Of a stretch of 64,000 bases of DNA, positions 49,971 to 62,199 are shown piece by piece. Numbering within the stretch: the stretch's first letter is position 1; every line of letters starts with the position of its first letter. This stretch comes from Azolla caroliniana (lineage: Eukaryota > Plantae > Polypodiophyta). The position numbers and the translations under genes are program-made. The notes below the pieces were generated by a model. The model saw nothing but the letters and a program-made list of their open reading frames with translations, was not told where the DNA came from and searched no databases. The stretch is from the NCBI GenBank assembly GCA_043228905.1, contig JBHGNT010000014.1, positions 10,168,001 through 10,232,000 on the forward strand, read 5' to 3'.

Positions 49971-52900
49971 TCATTCCCCGCCCGTCAGTTCTTCCTCGGT
50001 TTCGGATCGTTCGTTGTCGCGGTCCAGGTTAACCGGATCCGGCTCGTCGTCGTGACGCTTTTTGAACGATTTGATCCGCTTCCCAGCTACCGGTATCGCC
50101 ATTCTCGTGCCGTCGAGTTCCGCCAGATGGTACGTCCCGTTGTCGTTGGCGCTTTGTACCACGTAAGGCCCGAACCACCTTCTTGCGAACTTCCGTGTTG
50201 CTCGGTGATGGTTGTCGAGGTTGCTGTCATAGACTAGCACCCAGTCGCCTTCCTCGATCTTCTTTGGTCGTAGCCAGTGCGTTCGGTCGAACTGGGCTTT
50301 GTTCCTCGTCCTTGCCACCCGAAGCTTTTCCGTAGCCTGCTCTACGTCCTCTGGTCTTCGCTCGAGCTGCCGTATGCGCGCCGCCAACAGTTCCTCCCAA
50401 CTCATCTCGTCTCTCCAGTCCACGGTTGCCCATGAGGAGATCATACGTTCCATCGGCATGATCGGCTTCTGCCCAAACATGAGCTCTGCCAGCATGAATC
50501 CGATTACCGAACTGTGCGTAGTTCGGTCTGCCCACAACGCGTAAGGCAGCAGTCGCGGCCAGTTCCCGACCTGACCTCCGCATGCCCGAACTAACGCCTT
50601 GATGATCGGTCCGTGTCCGCGTTCCACCTTCCCATTCACCTCCGGATTGTACACAGTGGTAAGCGAGATCTTGACTCCTAGCCGGTTGAACAGCTCCTCG
50701 GCCTCTTCGGCGTCCAACTCCCCGCGATCAGCCACGATCTTCCCGACGCACCCGTACCGGCATATCACGTCCTCGATCAGGAACCGAAATACGGCCGCGG
50801 TCGTTTTGTTCTGAAGGGCTCGGTCTTCCACCTGGTTCGTCAGATCTTCCCGAGCCAGGACCAGATACCGCATCTGTCCTATTCCCATCGGCATCGTCAC
50901 CAGATCTACCATCCATTTGAAGTGGATGGTCGAAGGGTACGTAGGGTGAAGCTCGTCCCGATGTCGGACTATGGAGTGCATCTGACAGCTCTCGCAAGTT
51001 GTCACGAACCGATGCACGTCCCGGTACAGTCCCGGCCACCAGTACTTCCCCTTTATCTTCTCGAACGTGGCCCACGTTCCACGGTGTCCAGCCCAAGGGT
51101 TGTCGTGGTAGGCCGTCAGCAGCTCCTCCTGTTCTTCCTTCATCGCCACCACCCGGAGCGGGACGCCGTTCCTCTTCTTCGGGTGCTTCCATAAGTATCC
51201 GTCCCGGAGAAAGAATCGGTATGCTTTCTTCCGGATCCGGTTGGTCTCATCCCTCGTCCATGACGCATCTGGTGTCATTGTCCTCAAGAAACCACCGATC
51301 TGTAGCCACTCGCCGTCGTACTTGCTCTCGTCGAAGCCGTTAAGTGCCAGAGGGCTCGTCCCATCGGTCGTTACATACGATGCCTCGAAGAAGTCCACGC
51401 CGACTTCTTCGTCCTCCGAAACCATGCCGCCCTCGTCATCAAACCTTGCCCTCGAAAGCATGTCGGCCATGGCGTTGTCCTTTCCGGAAATGTGTCGTAT
51501 TTCCGGGTCCAGGGACTTGATGTACGCTATCCACCTGAGCATCGCCAGGTCCGGTGTCGCGCATCCGGAAACCATGCCAAGAATTGGCAGGCAATCCGTC
51601 TCGATAATCACTTCTGTCCCGATCAGGTAGTCTTTGTCGGCCTTTACTGCCGAAACGATACCCCAGAGTTCGCGTTTAACCTGGGCGTACCCTCATTGTC
51701 GCTCACTGAGGACCTTCGCGCCGAATTGGATCGGGAACCGGGAGCCGTCCTCGTCTTCTTGGTTGACGACCCATCCGATCCCGGTCTGGCTCGTATCCAC
51801 CGTTATGTATACCGGGGTACCCTTCTCGTAGACAGCCTTCCGGAGCGCCGGTGCTGCCGCAAGAGCTTCCTTCAGCTTCCGGACCGACTCTGTGTGCTCG
51901 TCTCGCCACTCGAATTTTCGCCCCTTTTTCAGCAACCCGTATAGCGGCTCCGCAACGTGGGCGTAATGCGGAATCCATATGTGGTAGAATGCGCATGCCC
52001 CCAAGAACCTCCGAACTTCTGTAACCGAGCTACAGTCGGTCTTCATCGCGGAGATGGCTTCTACTTTTGCCGGAGACGGCTTCCGGCCATATGGTCCACA
52101 TAGGTGTCCGACCACCAAGATTTCTGATTGCCCGAAGGCCGATTTCTCCCCGGAGAAGGTGAGCCTCACATCCTCTAGTCTTTGTAGCACCTTCTCGCAG
52201 TCGTCGATGTGTGTTGCCACGAATCGCCGGCATCCGTCCGGCCCGAGTGTCTCGTCCTTCTCTTCCACCGGGCACCCCTTGATCGGGATGTCGTCCAGAA
52301 ATGGCATGGTGATGTCCGGGATGCAATCCCTCAGTACCTTGTTCATTGCATTCACCATGTGGGCCACCGAGTTGGTCCCTCCTTGTGGCAGGGTACACAT
52401 TCGCACTAGGCCGAGGGGAGTTCGCATCGTCGTAATGTCTCTGCTCTCCACGGCTAGCTGGAACTGGTCGTACCCCGAGTACAAATCACCGACCGAGTAA
52501 ATCGACCTTCCGGCGAAGGCCTCCGCGAACTCGTCTATGGTCGGTCCGATTCCTGCGTTCCGAATGGTCACTCTGTTGACCGGCTGCAGGTCTTGAATGA
52601 AGCGTAATGTTCCGTTTTTCTTTGGTACGGTAAACCATCGGTTCGAGTATGGGGCACTCGACGGTTCGAGAATGCCCATATCGACTTTCTGCCTCAATAG
52701 CTCCATCAACTTCGGGATGTGAGCTCTCGGTACTGGAATCGGCTTGAGATTCCACGGCACATGCGGTACCGTGAATATCACCATCGGCTCCACGATTGTC
52801 GGGTCTACGCACCCAATCTCTTCCGGTGAGAATGCGAAGGCTTTCCCGTGCCTTCCGAGCATTCTCCGAAACCAGTCTTCCTCCGTCGGCAGTAGGAACC

Positions 52901-53468
52901 CGCCCCCACCGATTTTGAGCTCCCGGAGCGTCCCGTCAGTGAAGGTGTGTCCTATGCAGACCGGATCTCGTAAACTGGGGTTCGACGCAACCCCTCTGAT
53001 TCGGGACTCGCTGCCCTCCGGTAAGGGTGCCGCGACTGGCCTTACCTTCCGGTCCACAGTCTTGTACTTCGTGCTAACTCGGGCCGTCCGATCCGACCCG
53101 AACCCCTGACTGAAGTTCGCAATGACTTCGTACATTTCTTCGGAACATACCGGTATCGTCCGGTCTTCGTTAAGGTCTTCTCCGGCTAACTTCCTCAGCA
53201 TCCCCAAGGTGTCGTCGAAGGAGACCGCCTCCACGGCTCTGCTGATTTCCTCGTCCGGGCCGAGAACTCCACACACTCGAAGTCGCTCTTCCGCCCTTGC
53301 CTTCTCTCGGCCAACGATGCCGACTATCATACACCCTCCGTCGTTGGAGAAGCAAAATTTTCTACCTATCGTACAAGGTTTCTTCGGTTTCGGTTCTATC
53401 GTACAGCTGTGGGGTCTTTCCTGAGTGTCCGGACTGTCTCGACCCCACGCCTTGGCAGCCCTCTCTAA
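49971..53468 (-). pseudogene. W4 pol (RT, RNase H, integrase) in the -1 frame; one premature TGA at 51693
   Basis: DLYSGYDQF, LPQGGTNSV, PFLDDIPIKG, TVDTS, H...GHRG...CESC, WMVDLV, VADRGE, NGKVERGH, WFGPY. Confidence 0.95.
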
Positions 53469-55590
53469 AAATCCTCCCGGTTCTCGCCACCGAGGGATTC
53501 GCGGTTTCGCTCGTGGTTCGGCCGCACCGTCAGAAATTGGACCGAATGGTGACCGTCCTGGCTTTTGACCCTCGCGTAGGCCGAACCGTTGTCCAACACC
53601 TTGGTCTCCATTCGCGCCGCTATGATGTATGGTTCCCCTAATATGACCAGGTGCGAGGACGTCTCCTGCACGAAGAAGTGCTGGTCAATCTCGACGTCGC
53701 CGATCTTGACTCGCACATTCAGGCAGGCCCCGTGCAGTTCCTCGGTGGCGCGCGTCGCCGCCCGTATCTTCCACCCGTGCTTGGTGTTGATCGGCCATTT
53801 TCCCTTCTTATAGAAGTCCATGGACATCAGGTTTATTTCCGAACCGTGGTCCACCAGTGCCACCACCGGTTCCTGAACATCTCCGATCTTTACCGGGGTC
53901 TCCGTGGTCGCTCGGGCCCAGTGTGGCCTCGAATAGTGGCTCTCCGCCCACTCATCTTCCAGTGCCAAGTCGTCGATGTGCGTCGTCCGCACCTCCACCG
54001 GTCTTTCCGGTTCCGTCTCCGTCGACAGCCTCTTCCGTTTCACCAAGTCCACAATGGAGTCGTGGAACTCCTTCTTGGCGATCCCTAGCACCTCCCGTAA
54101 TGACAACTCCACTTTGCTGTCGAGGATCCGTTCTTCTAGGACCTTTCGTAGGTCCGTGGTCCTTTCTATTTCCGTCCCCAGTCGGTATCCGCCCTTCCTG
54201 GGGTTATGTTGCGCGCTGGACACACCGGCTTCATTCCGTCGTTGCCCGAATCGGGTCTCGTATCGTTGTGAGGGCCCGGCCGCTCCGGCTTTCCCCACTC
54301 GTTTGTCTCCTACCAGAGCCTCGTAGTTCCGACAGGCGACTTCTACGAAGCCCATCTTCTCCTCGACCGGATCGCTCCACCCGGTTATTTCCCAGACCCG
54401 TCTCTCAGCGCGGTCAGTTTCATCTTTCCTTAGCCGTGCGCCGGCGAGGCCTTCCAGCATTGCCGACCAGAATCTGTCTTTGCTCTCCTTTCGGGCCTCG
54501 CTGCCCCCGACCCGAATGCCAGCCGACGCCGAGTAGTGGATGGCCTCCACGTATCGGGCCGCCGCCTCTTCCATCAGTCTCTTCATACCTCCTCGCCCGT
54601 CGTTTCGGTTTAGGGCCCTTCTGGTGTCACCGGCGTGCACCCGGCCTTCCCACAGGTACACCAACCGGTTCCTCAACGCTTCTACGAAATCGCCGCAGTC
54701 CTTCCGAATGTGGCCGACCTCGTCGCACCACATGCACCTGTTCCCTGCTGCCGGCCATCGGTCACGAGCCGGTTCGCCGCCTTCCCTTTGAGTCTGGGCG
54801 ATCTGGAGATCCTTTATCGCCTGCGTCAACTCCTCCAGCGTTGCTCCTCCGGACGAGCTGTTGACCATGCCGGTCGAAGCCAAACCGGTTTCGAGCCACT
54901 CCCGGGTCTCTTCCCTTCGCCCTTGCGGTGCCGGTTCAAGCCTCCTTGCTGTGACAGAGCCCGCACCGGCCGCCCCGTTGTCAGCCTATTCTTGCCGTTT
55001 GTCGAAACGGCCACAGACTCTCTTAACCGCAGCCCAGTTGGTCGTCAGCCCGTCTTCGGTTTCCAGCAAGGAGCCGACTTGATCCCGGTCCCGCTCGTCC
55101 ACCGACTTGACGAACAGTAGGACCCGGCTCGTATCCAGAATGGTTCGGTCAAGCGCCGAGAGGCGCGCAAAGCGTTCTTCAAACTCCCGGAGGAGTGCCG
55201 ACACGTTTCTTCCCTTGCCGGGGGACTCCACCCATTCCATGAAGTCCCGTTTCGAAAGCCGGAGCACGTCGTCCAGCCCGTATTTTTCTAGGAGTCGGCC
55301 TTCGAACTCCTCCCAGGTACGGCTCTCCGCCCGCACCTCGAGCACCTCCGCATGGATGCTCGGCATCGCCACTCGAGGAAACCCGGCAAGACGCCTCTCT
55401 TCCGGAATGTCCCGCATCAGCATTTCTGCCCCGTAGGACGCCAAATACTTCGTGGCATCCTTTCTGCTGAACCGGCCAATCATACCGACGACCACCTCAA
55501 TGGCTCTGTCGAGGGCGCCGGTGCCCTCGCGTGTGCTCAATATCCGATCCACGGCCGAAGCCATGGCCTCCGCAAGATCCGACCCCTTCA
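53465..55590 (-). pseudogene. W4 gag-protease frame (one premature TAG at 54986)
   Basis: CMWCDEVGHIRKDC knuckle; ALVDHGSEINLM and VILGEPY protease motifs; start approximate. Confidence 0.85.
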
Positions 55591-57279
55591 TCTTCTGCTC
55601 TTCTGCCACCTCCTTCACGTCGGGTTCACCAAGATGTCGAGGTTTTCCTCGCGGATGTGCGGAATGAGGCGGGGCCTCGGGGGTCTTGTACCGAAGAGCA
55701 GGAGAGAAAAGAGAAGGGAGGGGACCCACTACGTGCGAGCGTAGATTCACAGGGACACGGCCCTTCGACACAAAGACGCGAGTGGGACACCGACGCAGAG
55801 AGACACGAATGTACGTATATATATATTAACAAAGACAAACAACAAGAAACACGAGTTCGGTTACAATCGAACAGGCCGGCGAACAGATGCCGATGCCTGT
55901 TCGTAAACGCTCAGAAAGAAAGGAGCAAGTTGGAGGTGCTGCCGGAAGCACTCGGGCATTCCTCAGAGCAGCGCGAGCCTCCCGAAACCTGCACAGAAAG
56001 AAGCTACGGAGCTTTGGAAGAGAGAGAAGCCTTCGGTCGACAATCCGACAACACTTCGTCCTCTCTATCCGTGATCCGCTCTCTCCTCCTCGTCTCCCTC
56101 CTTTTATAGGCAAGAAAGGAGCCGTTGCCCATTAACTTCCTACCTACCGAATCTACCTACCTAGGATCTTCTATGTACCTAATCCTCTCTTATGTACAAC
56201 ATAAGGCGTACGTGCATGAAGAGCCGATTCCTACGCTCCGGTGCACCGATTCCGCTCATGGACGGTTTTCTCCACGACAGCGGGATCAGGTGTGAATATA
56301 TGGCACCTCATAGTCTGTAGCAAAATGGATTTGCCTAACAGAACAATCAGACAATTCAGAACCAAATAGTGTTTATGTTCCAACACTCTGGACTAGCGGA
56401 TGGCTTCTACGCAGAGGCCCTACTTATGACAGTACACATAATCAATATGTCTCTAAGTCAACCTCTAGGACTTCGAATACCTTAGGAATTATGGATTGGC
56501 AATAAGCCGAATCACAACAAGCTGAGGATTTTTGGATGTGAGGTAGACGCCCTCATATCGAAAGACAATTGTCAGAACCTCGAATCGAGGTCTAAGAAAT
56601 GCATTGTTCTTAGCTATGGACTACACAGCGAAATCCAATACCGACTCTGAGGCCCCAAGCACAGACAAATCATCCAAAGTTCGGACGTAATGTTGAATGA
56701 GTCAGCCATGCATAAGATGGCCAAAAGGCCTATTAAATTTTGAAGGGTAACTTTCTCAGAAGTGTCATTCCTTCATGACGGCCCAGCCCATAACATGAGT
56801 TTGGTTTCACGGGTAGTTGAATCCTCTAGTACCGAATGGGCTCTAGCCGATTTGACATAGCTGAACGTTTCGGCTCCGGACTATCTGACCCAGACGCCCA
56901 ATTAGGCTAGCCTAGTCATACCAAAGACTATCATAGAGACTGTTGTAACCTCCGCAACGGTACTCTCCTGGAATCTTCTTCACAGACGCAGGCAAGCCAA
57001 CATCATACAAAGAACCACCGGCATCAGCTAATTCGACCACATGGCATCTGGCGATGGAGTCAGAAATGAACTCCATTCGGCAAAACAAGGCTTGGGACCT
57101 AGTCGAATTGCCGAAAACTCGATGTGCTCTTCCGTGCAAGTGGGTCTACAAATTAAAAGAGACGTATGATTCAACCAACCCAAAATGCAAGTCCAGATTA
57201 GTAGCGAAAGGGTTTTGACAAGAATATGGCATTGACTTCGACGAAATGTTTTCATATAAAAAACAACCCTACGCTCTAT

Positions 57280-57880
57280 GTGGTGGGAATTTGGTCCCTC
57301 TGGATGGGATCCGGATGAGAACCGAATGAGCCAGGTCAGACGAGCCGAAGGAAGGAACCGGACTAGGGATGTTCATGGCACCCCAGACGTCGGATGATCA
57401 ATACATCCTGCATCATCTCCTTCCATGGAGCAATGTTCTTGCCATAGAACTTTTGAATTTCCACTCCCATGCCGAATGTTGAAGCCATGTTCTATAGGAA
57501 GTGAGATTTGCTAACCTAGTCCTTTCCTTCAGTCAGTTTTTCTCTTCTCATATTGATGTTGTTGTTATTGCCAGATTGCATGTCGCCCTGATACCAAATG
57601 TTGAATATAGAAGTTGATGTTGTGGAAAGTTGAAGACATGTCAATGAGTCTAGCAAACAACATAGATAGCAAGCAAGATAGAGTTATGCACTATGACAAG
57701 ATTCACAAAGATGAAAACAAACTATTGCACAGAGGAAGAGAAATGTTTAAGCTGAGAAAGATTGTGTTACATTAGCCATCGATTTATCTTTACAAGGTCA
57801 GTTACCCACTTATATAGTTAGGTTAACTGTGTGTTCACACTAGAGATACAAGGTAAGCGAAGTGGGACTTTTATCCCAAG
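57280..57880 (-). mobile_element. Copia remnants: C1-type LTR stub, gag start, Met PBS, LTR about 57599-57880
   Basis: CTGATACCA near 57589; LTR end similar to 45600-45666. Confidence 0.65.
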
Positions 57881-57899
57881 AAGTTCTAGGGGTTGTCGT

Positions 57900-59744
57900 A
57901 CCATCTCATAATGAAGAGAGTGCAAACTTCAGTTTTGTTTCTCGTAATGACAATGCTCGTAGAAGTCCGTCTTCGACTGGAATTTCAAGATATAGCCAAT
58001 CGTCATTAGCCTGCAAAGTCCGTCTTGGGACATATGGCTGAGTCTGCCATGCCATAAGTTCAATTCTGACGAATTGGCTACACTCACGGCCCCTTCCAGA
58101 TTGATCTCCATCAACAAGTACAAGTTGTTGTACTTGTATCCGCAACCTATTTTCATATTCCCTCGTGTAATTGTCCATGACGACTCGCTTAGAGTCGTCT
58201 TATACTCAACTTCCGCTAGCATGCGATGGAGACCATACCCCTCTTGAGCTCGGGTATGTGTCAGACTCGATGCAAGGTGATCGAATTGTCATTCGGCAAT
58301 TGAATGGGAACCTCTCCGATCCCTGCAGTTACACACTCCTACCCATTGTCCAATCGGACTGTGTCGTTGGCTCCCTCTAAATTGTTCGAAAACCATTCGA
58401 TATTGGGGGTTACATGAAAGGTGTCGCCGGAGTCCAACAACCACGTTCATTTATCATGCACACTATATAGGACTTCTCCGATCGTAGAGTCCTCCAGAGA
58501 GAGGATTTCTCCCGATCAGGACTCAGTTTCTAGAGGTAGAACGGTTCGAATCGAAGTGTATTGTGTTTGATTGAATCGCCGACCATTCTCCTTTCTTTTT
58601 ATTGACCAGCTATCGGAAACATTGTAATCAGTTTTTCTGTGATGGGTGCACAAAACAGTTGATAAACTATTCCTTGACTTCGACCGTTGTCAATTTTCCC
58701 TCCGTCTTGGCCGGTTAGGACTTCAGCCAGCTCTCGCAGTTGACTCGGTCGAGTGATGGGCTTTTGCCAAATCGTCAATAGTGAGACCCATTGATTTCGC
58801 CAAATATCCTCAATGAGAACTTGTCTGATCGTTGCTTCCAGATTCGATTTTGGACAACTATTGGCGAATGTCATGCATAATACCTCCCAACTCGTCGATA
58901 GGCTCAAAATAAGGGCAAGGAATTTAAATTCTTCTTCAAACTTAATCCCTTGGGAAGAGAGCTCAAACAACACCCAACTGAAGGTGTTGATGTGGGAGGT
59001 CGCCCAATCTGTCTCTCTCATCTTCATATTGAACAACTTTCGAATCAATATGAGCTTCAAAAAGGACTTCTTCTCATAAACGGCCTAAAGTTTCTCCTAC
59101 AAAGAGAATGTTGTTGTCTCCTTTGCCATGTTGAAATAGACATTTTCGTCCAGATGCATTCGAATGGTTGACCTAGTTATCTCGTCCAGGGAGTGTCATT
59201 CGTCTGTTGTCATCGAAGCCAACTTGTTGTTGTGTCGTTTCGCATCGATTTGATGCCGGATGATTAGTACATCTTCCATCATCTCCTTCCATAGTGCAAA
59301 GTTCTTTCCATCAAACTTCTGGATTTCCACGTTTCTGTTGGATGTAGAAGCCATCTTCTAGAAGTGAGGTTTTGCTAACCTGGTCTTTCCTTTCACTCGG
59401 TTCTTACTTCTTTTTCAATTTTCTGCAGTTCATTGCCACCAGACAGCAAGGTCACTCTGATACCAAATGTAGACTATATACGCGGAAGAAAATATGAGGA
59501 CCTGCAAGGTGATGTCAAGCAAACAACATGTACTAGACAGAGAAGTAGAATAACCACAATGTGAAGGGAAGTAAGAAGCAAGAGAACTCAGATGACACTC
59601 TAATGGAAACTTGTTATTCTCTTATATAACTCTTTCTCACTCTTTACAATGTTACGTTTAGGCTTATATATGTAGAAGCCCTAACTTGAGAACGTGTCCA
59701 CACTTAAGGATACAATTTGGAAGGAGTCGGCCTTTTATGCCAAC
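57900..59744 (-). mobile_element. 5' half of a C2-related Copia (LTR 59468-59744, Met PBS, gag, protease, GAG-pre-integrase)
   Basis: CTCTGATACCA at 59456-59466; WLLDSGDTFH; LWHGRLSHMS. Confidence 0.82.
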
Positions 59745-61496
59745 ATAGATTTGCCTAAGGTAAAAAAGAGAATTGTTTTTGGATACCACGATGCACCATT
59801 AGTAGGGCATCCTAGAATACATTGCACAATTGTTCTCATCTCAATTCAATTCTATTGGCCTAAGATGTGTCTTGACATACCTAACTATGTGACCAAATAT
59901 CATCAATGTCAGGATAACAAAGTCGCGCGATTTAAAGCCGCTGGACTTTTACATCCTTTGGACATTCCCAACAATAAATGGGAAACTATATCCATGGATT
60001 TTATTGTTAGCCTTCCTCGCATCCAAAAAGGTCATGATGCCATTAGGGTTGTAGTTGATAAACTAACTAAAATGGTTAGATTTATTGCTATTACAACCAT
60101 GGTAATAGCTCCTGAATTGGCTTACCGATTCGTTGATGAGTTATTATGTTTTTATGGGTTACTCGATGGATATTGTGCATGATTGAGATCCAAAGTTTAC
60201 TTGCTTTGGACGCAAGTATTTAAGAAGTTAGAAACTACATTGAGCATGAGCTCCACAGATCATCCTTAATCCGATGGAAAAGAAAAACAAGTAAAGCAAA
60301 TCGTTGAGGACATGCTCTGAGCATACGTTCTTGCAAAGTGAACAAAATGGGAACATTATCTCTCAAATTTGGAGTTTTCTTATAACAGCTCCAAAAGCAT
60401 ACATCAGCGGGATACAGTCCTTTTGTGTTTATGTATGGCATTTAGCCATGTGTCATGATTGATGTTAATATACATCATGATGAGTTGCAAAGTACACCAA
60501 ATTTTCTAAGGGATATGCAAGATATGTTGCATATTGCATGCGATAATGTAAAAACGGCTCAAGATAGAGTGTGTTTTTATGCTAACCATAATAGGCAACC
60601 TCATGTATTCCACCCTGAATAGAAGGTATTCCTGCGTGTACCTCACAATTCTAAGACATTGTGTACGGGTAAGTGTGCTAAGTCAACCCCATGGTTTTGT
60701 GGACCTTTCTCAATCCTCAAACGCATTGGTTCAACAACATATGGTCTTGCTCTTCCCGATGGTGTCGAAATCCATCCAGTTTTTCATGTAAGTCTTCTAA
60801 AAGAACTTCTTGGTTCTAGCGATAATATAGTTACAACTAAAACTTTGGTTACTTCTAAATCACATGTACTAGAGAAAATTCTCAATGTTAAAACAAAACA
60901 TTTGCGTTCTAAAACAATTCGAAAATTTAAAATTGAATGGATTGATAAGTCTATAAAAGATACTGAAAACAAGAAAACACCCTTAAAACTAGCTTCCCTA
61001 ACTTTTCATTGCAAGAGTGCAATGTTTTAAAGAAGGGGGAGTATGTTACGAGTGTAACCATAATTTATCTTGTGGTAGTTTGTATCGTAGTATTCTACAC
61101 ACGAGCATAAAAGTGTAACGGTTAACCAAGAGTGTAAAGGGAGGATTACTTTTAATCCTAGGAATTGAGATGACCCATAAGGGTCAAGTATGAACTTGCT
61201 TGGGGGCCTTAGGTCTAGCTATAAATATGAGGCCTAGCTACCCTCATTAGACACATCATTTGACTACATCGCGACTATGATCTTGTAGTGAACATACTCT
61301 CATAGTGAGCGTGCCAATACCAGGTACCACTCGATCAATAGAAGTGGTATGGGATGCAGATCAAGGCTAGAGATGATCTCAATCCCTTCGCTCGGGGGGT
61401 GGTTAGGTGGATCAACACCCTTCCTTCTCTCTGTTTTTCTTTATTATCTATCATTTATTTCCTTAATTTCATGCTTACATTAGACATAATCTAACA
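59745..61496 (+). mobile_element. 3' fragment of a chromoviral Gypsy: degenerate integrase/chromodomain, PPT, 3' LTR 61044-61496
   Basis: WETISMDFIVSLP, FCGPF, IHPVFHVSLLK; AAGAAGGGGGAG then TGTTA...TAACA. Confidence 0.85.
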
Positions 61497-61517
61497 TATA
61501 AGGTAATTCACGAAGTA

Positions 61518-61948
61518 TGTTGACTTGTTAAACAAGCATTGAGAAGCAAGCTCAACATGGGCCAGATCGGCTGAACAAGCCGAGAGCCAGATCCACGAAC
61601 CAAATCTGAGAACCGGATCCACAAGAGCCGGTAGGCTGTTAGAGGCCTACGATCCTAGCCTAGTAGATAGAAATATTTTTAGGAGTTAGTGTTAATCACT
61701 CGATTATGAGCATTGAAGTACTTGTCAGTACTTCCGACCGTCCTTTATGGACTTGTATAAAAGTGCTCACTAAGCACATTTGTATGGACAGAGTATTATT
61801 TTGAAATTGAGTTTTTTGTGTTTTGCTCTCCTTATCTCTCCCACGTGCTCTCTCTCTCTCACACCATTGTTCTCTGTGTTTATCATTCTCTGTTTCTATC
61901 CGGCTAAGCCGGTAGTGTCTGTGTAGCTTCCGCATGCTATTCTTTTCA
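61518..61948. mobile_element. LTR related to 37294-37705 (probably solo; TSD not found)
   Basis: Shared CTCAACAT.GGCC.GATCGGCTGAA, GAGCATTGAAGTAC, CTTCCGCATG. Confidence 0.75.
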
Positions 61949-62199
61949 AAAAAAAAGAAAAAAGAAATGTAAACATTTCTTCAATAGTATTAAGAACAAA
62001 GCGCCCAAAGGCTACTTGAACCTAGCTACCAAGGAGGTTACAACTTTTCCTATACAATGTTGTAAAATACAAGGATGTTTACATTTGTTGATATTCAAGA
62101 AAGAGTCCATGGAAGTCGATATTGCCATTGAGGCTCTTGAGTTGACATTGTAAACAGGGGCACCTTTTCCATAAGTGAAGAAGCTTTTTCCTTTTCTTG

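Larger units (their letters stand above)
49253..56279 (-). mobile_element. Full-length family W Ty3/Gypsy element W4 (7027 bp); LTRs 49253-49897 and 55635-56279; 4-bp TSD GCGG
   Basis: 645-bp direct repeats TGTCG...CGACA; PBS rc TGGTGAACCCGACGTGA 55615-55631; PPT rc AGGTGGGGGCGGA. Confidence 0.96.
48063..57255 (+). mobile_element. Degenerate Copia C3 internal region, split inside integrase by W4
   Basis: WLLDLGASYH, LWHGRLGH, LRTDNGGEF before 49252; integrase and RT start resume after 56280. Confidence 0.85.

Noticed and set aside
49444-55900. Many overlapping antisense ORFs in GC-rich elements (for example 53857..54864)
   Set aside because: Shadow frames of gag/pol or LTR sequence with no recognisable motifs
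61947-61968. Poly(A) tail of the LINE
   Set aside because: The LINE is on the minus strand, so its tail would appear as poly(T) on the plus strand
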